From: Laetmonice hystrix
Lineage: Eukaryota
NCBI GenBank assembly: GCA_965235115.1
Contig: OZ249436.1
Location: 18,664,001 to 18,728,000 of the forward strand
DNA length: 64,000 nucleotides
Direction of reading: 5' to 3'
Position 1 is the first letter of the stretch, and each line of letters begins with the position of its first letter. Below, one piece after another: positions 12,801 through 21,315 of the stretch. A program made the position numbers and the translations under genes. The notes below the pieces were generated by a model. That model ran no database searches, was not told where the DNA came from, and saw only the letters and a list, made by a program, of their open reading frames with translations.

Positions 12801-14411
12801 CAGAAAGCAGGACTGACATGGCAAACATATAAACAGTATTTCGATATTGCCACAAAGAAAGTATCCATTGTAATGAAACGAGAATATAAAGACTGTTGGA
12901 CAAACCCTCACAACCCAGCTCTCCTTGACATATGGAATGCTAACATGGACATACAGTACATCACAGACCCATACAGTTGTGTTATGTACATTCTGTCGTA
13001 CATCAGTAAAGCGGAGCATGAACTGTCAGAAATTCTACGGAACGCTCAGAGAGAGCTCAAAGAAGGTAACATAGACCTGAAAACTGAAATGAGGAAATTA
13101 GGCAATGTCTACCTGAACTACCGAGAAGTAAGTTGTCAGGAAGCCGCACATCGCATGTGTAATCTACACTTGAAAGAATGCTCTCGTGCAGTTGTTTACC
13201 TACCAGTGGATCAAAATGCAACAAGAATGAGTCTACCATTATCACAAATCGAAGCAAAAGCAAAAGCAAACGTGGAGGATGATGAAATCTGGATGAAAAA
13301 CATTGTAGATAGATACCAAGCACGACCTGATACTGTGGAGTTTGATAACATGTGTCTCGCTCAGTTTGCTTCAGAATACAGAATGGTGTATGGACAGGCA
13401 AAGGGTAGAAATGCAATTACACTGAAAAACGACTGTGGTACAATACAGAAAAGAAGAAGTGAAAACTTTGCTGTGATTCGGTACCCAAGGCATTCCAAGA
13501 CAACAAAAGCAGAGAAATTTTATCAAGCTCAAATGAAGGTTTACTTGCCATGGAGACACCAGTGTCAATTAAAGCCCCAAGCATATGCTACATATGAGGA
13601 ATTCTTTGAAAATGGAGCGGTCAGACTGAGTGAGGACCATGACATAGAACCTGTAAAACTGATTGTGAGTGAAAATAGGCAGAAATATGAAAAAGATGCA
13701 GATGCCTTGCAAGAAGCTTGGGAAATGATGCAAAATTCCGAGAATTTGGAAGATGCATGGGCCAGCATTGCTAATGAAGCGGAGATAAGTAGATTGGAAG
13801 CAGAGCGAGAAAACCTAGCTTTTGAAGAGTGCTGTGATGAACCACTAGCTAACGATCACGACTGTATTGGTGACGAGGATAGAAGAAATATCCCAGGAGG
13901 AATCGCTATAGACCACAGTGATGATGGATGTGTTACCAAAGCTGTTAGGCCAATGTTAAAGAGTATGAATAAAAAACAACAACAGATATTTTACACAATA
14001 CGAAAGTGGTGCCTAGATAAAGTCAATGGTAAACGCCCTGAGCCGTTTAGGATATTCCTTAGTGGTGCAGCAGGTGTTGGAAAATCCCTCTTAATCAAAT
14101 GTATCTACTATGAAGCTACCAAAATTCTGCTTGGGCAACAAAGTGACCAGAACCTACCACCAGTATTCCTGACAGCAACAACCGGACTGGCTGCATTCAA
14201 TGTTGATGGAACGACAGTTCATTCTCTTCTCAAAATAATCAAACCCCGCAAAGGCCCATACATACCACTGACTGAAAGTGTCTTGAATACCATGAATACA
14301 ACCTTATGTGAAATGAAAATTCTTGTAATCGATGAAATTTCAATGATGGGAAGCAACATACAATGTACTGAATTATGTGCACAAACGATTGGGACAACTC
14401 AAACACAGTAA
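6876..14411 (+). CDS. Helentron RepHel polyprotein, N-terminal part: repeats, VTD/Peptidase C76-like deubiquitinase, pseudo-peptidase copy, basic repeat arrays, Zn-finger region, HUH Rep, first part of PIF1-like helicase
   Basis: 2511-codon ORF. Peptidase: GSMHQG..RGRFCVG..FDSHSR. Zn finger: YVCSVCHRLLF..YICHTC. Rep: GSPDYW, LGIPTFFCTFS, RVEWQARGSPHIHCLFW (HUH), NMDIQYITDPYSCVMYILSYISK (catalytic Tyr region). Helicase: SGAAGVGKS (Walker A), ILVIDEISM (Walker B). The TTG at 6876 lies within a splice acceptor (ttttctctttgcag|ctg, exon start 6882); the first in-exon ATG is at 7083. The real frame leaves this ORF at about 14354. Confidence 0.95.
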   Translation: MQLRGCTEVGDLTEDDQALRSKKPVPGSEVSDLTEVDQALRSTKPVPGSEVSDLTEAVHLRTKNNGPGTMYPPVPEGSNDVSKTMDTNDVQKTMDTNDVQKTMDTNDVSKTMDLSIMNLSITKHVPVTCIEKHVPVTCITKPGPVTCIAKPGPVTCITKPGPVTCITVPQVSKSNLSSDNMKPNMQSDSLPNKPIPSLPTMHSTSITDAIGTSLPVQHSTSLPDEHYKREHGKQTNRISSNHANITPGQQSKNVPDQQTRSTQNIPSIKDINSVQDKSGIHPPQGQTNSVDSGKMTTSNLLNQTLKNSSSDCCSAYSETSDIVIETCVVPGSMHQGNAKFPDSVRGRFCVGAAVVAIERLQNMRNVSTADVDRVLIEGSTVYQNVRNKLREQRFNLPDDYLSFSNLPHQLETTNSQFVCDMNESDLSLGTCVSIDDDNVSLAEAVKETFDRHNAGLIIIGLEAISVFLNCKGQFCLFDSHSRDIQGQQTCNGTAIFMCFPTLRELQDQLLKFVCSTTNDPCIVRYEMQPVQITHDDGNLTMISGVRTKKYVERSDLPVVQPVQNVELSDRVCKNSHGIQCSNRFSILTEPTDTHRTDKQLTVHDQQDEQSTDKIPSHLSEPLQSNGVISSKSCDTDIDTVYGNISQADDCFSQYNKQRLSLSNALISLMCLTKCEQYQPSDLNYVLLEGARLCGKSQAKVDTNNMEKAVMKLHEQTDGSCVVENIQSVDIALSGGMKTRKQKSTNLANEVQKAFSVSNSLIISTGYGFLTAFKTKHDSWVVFNPSPYKVKEPQVGKAMLVVCKSVDQASEVIENLLKNMKKTVTRCRLVALTVVNITGSVGSSMEDLAPTDSAQRNNNQKTELETHDRKEYMRKYMRKRRADCQFLQTERLYKKQRRLNLANKRADREYINKKRLDASFQEREREYIKKQRLDSGFQQNERERIKKRRLDSGFQQDEREYMRKQRLDLQFKENGRQYTQKRRLNLEIKSNESRSKKCKYISDITYREKCIQYSKTKYTTDETYRDKMKCYSSQKYKQNLDFQSKTKSYSSQKYKQNLDFQRKTKSYSSQKYKQNLDFQRKTKSYSSQKYKQNLDFQRKTKSYSSQKYKQNLDFQSKTKSYSSQKYKQNLDFQRKTKSYSSQKYKQNLDFQRKTKSYSSQKYKQNLDFQRKTKSYSSQKYKQNLDFQRKTKSYSSQKYKQNLDFQRKTKSYSSQKYKQNLDFREKVKSYSRIKYQQNALFRSKINDAQRLKYQTNIRYQEWKRNSVQFKYLDIMNDPKLRKRMKKMKRRQYMRNAIALRLRARQRKERNDEHRKEIQNVKTIFHSKVQEYPEYVCSVCHRLLFKKQVLKCDKTKYETSASQKRLARACITEDKLHNCNPKSTQTCHVLRESRRDLYICHTCDRYLKAGKIPHEAYTNKLELQKLPHELQTLNILEKHLISRIVPFMKLITLPKGGQKKLKGPCVLVPSDLQDTINSLPRSDGDNPGIIRLKMKRKLSYEGHYEYKQVDMKKVHDALRYLKEQIANVHYADIEIDQSRHVQNDCGKLDCTEADEQHTCETSKNENTDKIVSNDNDEQNDCEEVRTGPLLDTFLMPVDMVQEALPLCPDSILSIAPCEKNRPTNLYANKSGEALAFPNHFPDGRNTLTEERAVELSPSKYFQARLMNVDNRFAKDPQYIFFALYITELKFMASNISIALRKGRKQTKDGNKITAGTLSQRQGIDHVTREDTGFRHFPTLKGSPDYWKMTQHDLFAMIRQLGIPTFFCTFSCNNDWPEIVTAIKAQQGQTVDVDSLSWEEKCNILASNPVTCARMFDHRVKLFLNEVIMSPAKPIGEVIDHFYRVEWQARGSPHIHCLFWVKDAPVLDRDSDQAVCDFIDQFISCQVPPEGDELHEKVTRFQKHSKHHTKSCKKGNRPCRFNFPKPVAKRTFVSRRATMPDGQSPSKADMHHASEQLSKVRDLLNEHIENENVSIDDLLQKAGLTWQTYKQYFDIATKKVSIVMKREYKDCWTNPHNPALLDIWNANMDIQYITDPYSCVMYILSYISKAEHELSEILRNAQRELKEGNIDLKTEMRKLGNVYLNYREVSCQEAAHRMCNLHLKECSRAVVYLPVDQNATRMSLPLSQIEAKAKANVEDDEIWMKNIVDRYQARPDTVEFDNMCLAQFASEYRMVYGQAKGRNAITLKNDCGTIQKRRSENFAVIRYPRHSKTTKAEKFYQAQMKVYLPWRHQCQLKPQAYATYEEFFENGAVRLSEDHDIEPVKLIVSENRQKYEKDADALQEAWEMMQNSENLEDAWASIANEAEISRLEAERENLAFEECCDEPLANDHDCIGDEDRRNIPGGIAIDHSDDGCVTKAVRPMLKSMNKKQQQIFYTIRKWCLDKVNGKRPEPFRIFLSGAAGVGKSLLIKCIYYEATKILLGQQSDQNLPPVFLTATTGLAAFNVDGTTVHSLLKIIKPRKGPYIPLTESVLNTMNTTLCEMKILVIDEISMMGSNIQCTELCAQTIGTTQTQ
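6897..7375 (+). repeat. Coding minisatellites in the RepHel N-terminus: 63-bp x~2.5, 27-bp x4 (NDVQKTMDT), 27-bp x5 (KPGPVTCIT)
   Basis: gaggt(t/c)(gg/tc)tgacctcacggagg at 6897, 6960 and 7023; aatgacgtgcaaaaaactatggataca units about 7110-7217; aaacctggtcctgttacttgtatcaca units about 7242-7375. Confidence 0.9.
9963..10556 (+). repeat. 54-bp coding tandem repeat x11 (YSSQKYKQNLDFQRKTKS)
   Basis: Near-identical units tacagttctcagaaatacaaacaaaatctggatttccaaagaaagacaaaaagc with 54-bp period, preceded by degenerate 51-bp (EREYIKKQRLDSGFQQN-type) units at about 9590-9845. Confidence 0.95.
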
Positions 14412-16065
14412 AGAACTGTTTGGAGGTGTATCTATTCTTGCTGTTGGGGATTTCTATCAGCTTCCACCTGTAAGGGCCGGTTCGCCAATTTGTGTACCAA
14501 ATACCTGTGATTTGTGGATGGAAAACTTTAAGTGTGTTGAACTTACAGAAATAATGAGACAGAAAGACGACGCCGTATTTGCAGCACTGTTAAATCGGCT
14601 CAGAACAAAGCCAAAAACTGAAAGTTTGAGTGAATCCGATACAAATACACTGTTATCAAGGATTACCCCATCTGACAAATGTCCGCAAGATGCTCTCTTT
14701 ATCTATGCGAAAAACAAAGAAGTAGATGAACACAATGAAACCATGTTACAAAGTAAGTGCACACAGATCTGTGACATTAGAGCTATTGATGTGGTCCGAA
14801 ACAGAAAGACTGGAAAACTGGAGGAAAGGGCAGCAACAAAATCAAATGACAAAAGTGACAGCTTACCAAGTTGGTTAAGAATAGCAGTTGGTGCAAGAGT
14901 CATGGTAACAAAGAACACTGACACTGGACACGGAATAACGAATGGTGCCATAGGAACTATAACTGCCATATTACCTGCACAACACGGTAAACCATTACCA
15001 GAAGCAGTGTGTATTAAATTTGACAACGACAAAGTTGGCCGTGGACTGGCGGAAAAAAAGAATAACAGCACAGTTCCAATTGGTTCAGTGAAATTAATGC
15101 CATATGAAGAATCTCTGGATCCTGTAGAACAAGAAAGAAAAGGAGGCATCAGGCGGCAGTATCCATTGAGATTAGCTTGGGCATGTACAATACACAAAGT
15201 TCAAGGGCTCACTGTGGACAAAATAGTGATATCCATGAAAACCATGTTTGAATCTGGACATGCTTATGTTGCCCTTTCCAGAGTGACCAACATAGCTGGT
15301 CTCTATCTCCTTGATTACAATGCCAATAAAATATACAGGAATGAAGGAGTTGCACAGGGCCTGGAGCTAATGGAACCACTCGTGCCAAATGAACTTGATA
15401 TCCAAGAAAAAAGCCTGCTAATTGTCCATCACAATGTTGAAGGATTGGCTAAGAATTTTGAAAGTACAAGAAATCACTTCCAGATATTCACTTCAGACGT
15501 TGTCTTACTAACGGAAACGTGGCTCACTACTTCTGAAGATCTATCAAACTTGCAGCACCCAGACTTTAATCTGTTATCAAAAACAAGACAAGAAAGTTAT
15601 GATATTAAATCAATGGCAAAGCTTGAAAAAGGTGGTGTGGCAGTATACGTGAGAAAAACAACCGTACATAGTCTTCTACATCTATCTGTCAGAAACATTG
15701 AATTCATTTCAGTTGTGTTGGTCACTGATGAAAAACCATTAACTATTTGTGTAATTTACAGACCGTCCAGATACTGCACAAACTTGTTCTGTCCAGCTCT
15801 TGAAGAGCTTATCCATAAAATGGAAGAAACCGTAAAGGATTCTGGTTATGTAATCGCAGGTGACTTGAATGAAGATTTAATGAAAGGCCAGAACACGATC
15901 AAAAACGTGATGTCCCGAAATAATTACCAACAAGTAATCACTCAAGAAACGACCCTAGGAAGTACCCTGATAGATGTTATCTATGTAAAAAATGTGGACT
16001 TCAAAAACTGTGGTGTATTACAAACTTATTACAGTTATCATGATGCAGTATTCTTAAAAATTTAA
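14377..16065 (+). CDS. Helentron RepHel polyprotein, C-terminal part: PIF1-like SF1B helicase motifs III-VI plus APE/EEP endonuclease; continuation of the upstream ORF across a frameshift
   Basis: Helicase: FGGVSILAVGDFYQLPPV, LTEIMRQKDD, RQYPLRLAWACTIHKVQGLT, AYVALSRV. Endonuclease: HHNVEGL, LLTETWL, GGVAVY, IYRPS, AGDLN, STLIDVIY, YSYHDAV. The frame is already homologous from 14362 (NVLNYVHKRL). Confidence 0.95.
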   Translation: MHKRLGQLKHSKELFGGVSILAVGDFYQLPPVRAGSPICVPNTCDLWMENFKCVELTEIMRQKDDAVFAALLNRLRTKPKTESLSESDTNTLLSRITPSDKCPQDALFIYAKNKEVDEHNETMLQSKCTQICDIRAIDVVRNRKTGKLEERAATKSNDKSDSLPSWLRIAVGARVMVTKNTDTGHGITNGAIGTITAILPAQHGKPLPEAVCIKFDNDKVGRGLAEKKNNSTVPIGSVKLMPYEESLDPVEQERKGGIRRQYPLRLAWACTIHKVQGLTVDKIVISMKTMFESGHAYVALSRVTNIAGLYLLDYNANKIYRNEGVAQGLELMEPLVPNELDIQEKSLLIVHHNVEGLAKNFESTRNHFQIFTSDVVLLTETWLTTSEDLSNLQHPDFNLLSKTRQESYDIKSMAKLEKGGVAVYVRKTTVHSLLHLSVRNIEFISVVLVTDEKPLTICVIYRPSRYCTNLFCPALEELIHKMEETVKDSGYVIAGDLNEDLMKGQNTIKNVMSRNNYQQVITQETTLGSTLIDVIYVKNVDFKNCGVLQTYYSYHDAVFLKI

Positions 16066-16342
16066 TATTTTATGTTGTACTTAAACTGCTGGTGTGAACA
16101 AATGTACCAGACTATAAAATTCCCCAACTGAATATTATACACATTACTGCATGAATTTTTACTCGAGATTATTCTCAATAACAATGCATTTCAACCATGC
16201 ACATGTACTATTTTATTATATTACTACTTGAGCAGTAAATCATATTCTACTAGTAAATCATAGATCTTCTTATATTCTATGATGAATTTATACAGATATG
16301 TGATTGTATTGATCATCAATGAAATATTTCAACCAATTATAA

Positions 16343-16803
16343 GAACAGTAACGGATAACAATGATGGGCAAACAGTAACGGATAACAATGATGGGCAAAC
16401 AGTAACGGATAACAATGACAGGCAAACAGTAACGGATAACAATGACGGGCGAACAGTAACGGATAACAATGACGGGCGAACAGTAACGGATAACAATGAC
16501 GGGCGAACAGTAACGGATAACAATGACGGGCGAACAGTAACGGATAACAATGACGGGCGAACAGTAACGGATAACAATGACAGGCGAACAGTAACGGATA
16601 ACAATGACGGGCGAACAGTAACGGATAACAATGACGGGCGAACAGTAACGGATAACAATGACGGGCGAACAGTAACGGATAACAATGACGGGCGAACAGT
16701 AACGGATAACAATGACGGGCGAACAGTAACGGATAACAATGACGGGCGAACAGTAACGGATAATAATGACGGGTGAATAGTAACGGATAACATGGACAGG
16801 CAA
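16343..16803. repeat. 27-bp minisatellite, ~17 copies
   Basis: Unit gaacagtaacggataacaatgacgggc, head-to-tail, no spacers. Confidence 0.95.
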
Positions 16804-17147
16804 ATACTACCATTATACCAGATGAACAAACTAGCAGTATACCAAATGGGTCTGGGGGCGTCCATACTTGGGCGGGGGTATGGTAGGGGAGGGAGATTAT
16901 ACAAATGGGTAAGGGGACGTCCATCGTGGGGAGGGGTTGGCTAAGGATATGGTATAGGGGAGGGTGATTATGTATAGTAAACATGTAAAATGTTGTAAAA
17001 GATCTGTATATCTTTTCGTGTATTGTTTCCATTGTTATTTATAATTAATTAATCTTGTCATAAATGAACAAATTGGAATGTAACTCATTGTTCCTGAACG
17101 AAAACCACGACTAGCACTGTACCAGACGGGCCGCATATATACACAAA

Positions 17148-18430
17148 ATACCGGTATACCAGACGGTCAAACTACCAGGATACCAGATGGACAAACTACC
17201 GGTATACCAGATGGACAAACTACCAGTATACCAGATGGTCAAACTACCAGGATAACAGATGGACAAACTACCGGTATTCCAGACAGTCAAACTACCAGGA
17301 TACCAGATGGACAAACTACCGGTATACCAGATGAACAAACTACCGGTATACCAGATGAACAAACTACCGGTATACCAGATGGTCAAACTACCGGTATACC
17401 AGATGGTCAAACTACCAAGATAACAGATGGACAAACTACCGGTATACCAGATGGACAAACTACCGATATTCCAGACGGTCAAACTACCAGGACACCAGAT
17501 GGACAAACTACCAGGAAACCAAGTGGACAAACTACCGGTATACCAGATGGTCAAACTACCAGGATACCAGATGGACAAACTACCAGTATACCTGATGGAC
17601 AAACTACCGGTATTCCAGACAGTCAAACTACCAGGATACCAGATGGACAAACTACCGGTATACCAGATGGACAAACTACCGATATTCCAGACGGTCAAAC
17701 TACCAAGACACCAGATGGTCAAACTACCAGGAAACCAGGTGGACAAACTACCGGTATACCAGATGAACAAACTACCGGTATACCAGCTGGTCAAACTACC
17801 AGGATACCAGATGGACAAACTACCGGTACACCAGATGAACAAACTACCTGTATTCCAGACAGTCAAACTACCAGGATACCAGATGGACAAACTACCGGTA
17901 TACCAGATGAACAAACTACCGGTATACCAGATGGTCAAACTACCAGGATACCAGATGGACAAACTACCTGTATTTTAGACGGTCAAACTACCAGGATACC
18001 AGATGGACACACTACCACTGAACGAGTCCCAGTATACCAGATGGACAGACTGCCACTATAACTGTCAGGCGAACCACCACCATAGCGGATGGACAAACTG
18101 CCGAAATACCTCTATCAGTATACCCGATAGAAAAACGAACACTATACTATCTCGGCCCACTACCACTATCGGTATATCAGATGGACAAACGCCACTATAC
18201 ATTATACCAGATGGACAAAGTACCAGTATACCTGTCAGGCCAACGACCACCATACAGGATGGACATGCTACCGATATAGGCCTACCTGTATCAGTATAAC
18301 TGATAGAAAAACTAACAGCATACGATAGTCGGGCCCAACTATACCAAATGGACAAGCTACCACTACCAGGATACCCGACGAGAAACTACCACTATACCAC
18401 ATGGACACACTAGCAGTCTACCAGACGGGC
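17148..18430. repeat. 24-bp minisatellite (~36 regular copies to ~18015, degenerate copies to ~18430)
   Basis: Unit actaccggtataccagatggacaa with recurrent variants; a diverged pair of units also at about 16805-16850. Confidence 0.95.
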
Positions 18431-19269
18431 CCCAAAAGCCGGTCGCATGTAGCACAGTTACACATGACTCTGTATGATATGATAAACAGCTTTCACCATG
18501 TCAGAAGAAATTTAGAACTGTCTCTGGGTATTAATTATGGACGTCCCCTATAAACGTGGGAAGAACGGGTGTAGGGGAGAAGGCCGGGTGGGAGACATCA
18601 AAACTAGACCATTCCCCATCATATGGAAAACTTTGTTTCATTAGGCGTAGTCGCCATCTGGCGGCGAAATTTACCCTCTCCATCCACTATACATTTGTAG
18701 TTTGTGCTGGTTTGTGTCAGCTGAGACCTTGCATCAATTGCGAGAATTATCATTTCATGTGTTTAAAAGTTACATATATGTAGGCACGGATATCAAATCT
18801 TAAGATCATAAGCTGTCATCCAAAGATATTTTATTTTCTGAAAGATAAGTATTTCGTTGGGGGAGTGGTGGGTGGGGATGAGGGTGCTAGGGTTTGCTTT
18901 GTTCATATTTTTGATTTATATTTCTGGTATTTTCTTGATCTCTCTCGCTTCCGTCATTGATCAAGTATTGTTGAAAAAGGTTGTTCTACTGGTCTCCACT
19001 GAAAATCGGCCTGTATCCGATGTGTATGCACCAGTCTAAATAAAAGATCTAAAAAAAAAAAATTCTGTTTAAAGTTGGGTGAAATAGCAGCAAAAAAAAT
19101 ATAAAGTCACGCTCTAGCATGGCCAGGAATCCTCGGCCGTATCTTCCAGTTTTATATTTATCCACGATTCAGAAACGGTTTTACAAAGCTCGGAGAATGG
19201 CCCATCCATGTATGTTATACCAATTCTGATTGGATGAATAAATCGTGTTAGTTTAATATAGGCCTACGT

Positions 19270-20881
19270 TTACACCATTATTTTCTAGGTCACGTGACCC
19301 ATGACGTCATCATGACATCATTGCAATCTTCTAAGGTGTATAAGCCAACCATGCAAGATATAGCCCCAGTTTCTATCTAATACGAATCGGAAGTCATAAA
19401 GACGGGACACCCAGGGGATGGGATCCATTGTGGTATCACCACAACGTGTCTAGTTCTTTGCGTCGTAGTAGTAGTAGTAGTAGTAGTAGTAGTAAACAGT
19501 GGCGTCTATCTCAGTCAGTTTTCAAGATATCTCAATCAAATTTGGCACACATCTTGACCATGACAAGGACTGGTCAGACAATGAGTTGTGACATATCACG
19601 TGACGTGACGTATGACGTCACGTCATGACGTTCATATTGGGAATTTCCAAACCCCATCATGGCGTTTTAATCAGGCAAGGGTCTAGTCTAACATGGACGC
19701 TTCATTTGTCATTTGACCTTGAACTTTGGGAGAACTGGGTCCTCAGTCACAAATCTCTTAAATCGCTACTCCTTCTTCATTTTTTGGTGAAATTCGACAA
19801 TATTAGGCAGAAGGACTCTCTAACATGAGCTTGTCTCAAATCATCAAAAGATAAGCGATTTGACTAATATTCGCTGAATCACGTGACTTTGAAATTTCGA
19901 AAAATTGTCAATTTTCTAGAACTTGTAAACGGTGCCAGATTTGGCATTGGTTACTATTAAACACAGATAAGAAGTCATTATGCTCTTTTATGATATTTTT
20001 TTTCAGGTCACGTGACCATTTTTAAAAATTAGAGGGAAAAAACAAAAAGAAAAAGAAACGTGACTCGGCCTGGGATTGAACGCGGGACCCTTCCGGTAGA
20101 AGTCCAAAAAAATAGGTGACTCGGCCTGGGATTGAACCGGCGACCCATAGCATGTGAGTCAAGACACTTATCGCCAGTGCTACGCCATCTGACAAGCTAA
20201 TACTGGATTGAACTGGTACTGATTACCACAGCCAGTGAACCTATATTTTGTGAGGGCTATAACTTGCTATCACTTGGTATCGTCATCCTTAAGGTCACGT
20301 GACCTGTGACGTCGTAAAGATGTCATCGATATTTTCTAAGGGATATAACTTGTTAATGCTTGAAGTTAGACCCATAGTTACTATTGAACACGAATAGGAA
20401 GTCATGTATACTCTTTCGTTTGGCATCATTATTTCTTAGGTCACGTGACCCATGACATAACGATGTCATCGATATTTTCTCAGGGTTTTAACTTGTAAAT
20501 GGTAGGAGTTAGACCCATAGTTAGTATTGAATATAAACAGGAAGTCCTCATTATGTTCTTTCAATTGACACCAAGATTTATTCTGTTGTGTGATCTATTA
20601 CATCCTTATGACGTAACTGAGCCCTTCTAAGGATTGGTAGAAGCCTGTAACTAGTAAACGGTGCTAGATACACCTATAGTTATTTTTGAACATGAATAGG
20701 AAGTCCATTGAGATCAATATTTATGACGTAGCATAAGGTCATAATGACGTAACTTCCATCTTCTAAGGCTCATAAGTCGTCACGGGTGCAAGATAGTACC
20801 ATAGTTATCCCTATTCAGAACATGTTACATGGGACACCCCGGGGATGGGATCCATTGTGGTACTCCACAACGTATCTAGTT
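19270..20881 (+). mobile_element. Two head-to-tail non-autonomous Helentrons (HINE family)
   Basis: 3' termini GGGGATGGGAT + hairpin ttgtgg..ccacaa + CTAGTT at 19414-19455 and 20841-20881; (TAG)n microsatellite at about 19465-19493; ~145-bp internal repeats at about 20280-20820. Confidence 0.8.
20060..20186 (-). other. tRNA-like (pol III promoter-like) cassette with a partial duplicate, inside the HINE
   Basis: The minus strand reads gtagcactggcg (A-box-like)...ttgactcacatgc...ggttcaatcccaggccgagtcac followed by T-rich runs; the 3' half is duplicated at 20060 and 20116. Confidence 0.55.
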
Positions 20882-21315
20882 ACAGTATGTAACTGTTACT
20901 TCTGAAAAACTATAGGCCTACAGTAATGTACTGTAAAAACGAAAAACGGTTATTTAATGTTGCCAAATAACAGCAGTTTCCTGTAAATTAAACAACAGCG
21001 CCGATTTACAGTGTAATAGGCAGGGGGACTGCCCCCATTGCCCCCGCCCGTGGATGCCTATATGCGCAGCTACTCATGGGGGTATGATGGGACAGTTACC
21101 CATTGTGTCCCATAAGCCACTGTCCCATTATGCCCCACCCTAAACGTCACAAAGCTGTCCTCTTCCCGCTAGAGTAGATAGTGATGCATCACTATCTACG
21201 TAGGCCTAATGAATGTTTATTCTATAATGCCGAGACTAACTGTTGGTGTTAGAATAGTCAGTCATTCTTAGTTAGGCCTATAGAGACTTGGGGGGTGTTA
21301 AATAGTTACCTGGCG

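Larger units (their letters stand above)
5300..19152 (+). mobile_element. Endonuclease-encoding Helitron (Helentron/Helitron2), near-intact; boundaries approximate
   Basis: Encodes Rep-helicase-endonuclease (see CDS entries). Candidate 3' end at 19104-19152: aagtcacgctctagc + hairpin ggccaggaatcctcggcc + atcttccagtttt. The 5' end was not found; 5300 is only where the duplicated upstream exon-like region begins. Confidence 0.85.

Noticed and set aside
14341..14411. Programmed ribosomal frameshift or an intron between the two ORFs
   Set aside because: No slippery heptamer or usable GT-AG pair at the break; removing 7 bp restores the motif exactly.
16279..17978. Repeat-derived ORFs (TVTDNNDGR, YCSPVIVIR, WYTGSLSI, MDKLPVYQ) as genes
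   Set aside because: Stop-free frames are expected in 3n repeats, and there is no independent coding evidence.
16343..18015. CRISPR-like arrays
   Set aside because: Units are contiguous with no unique spacers, there are no cas genes, and the context is eukaryotic; these are minisatellites.
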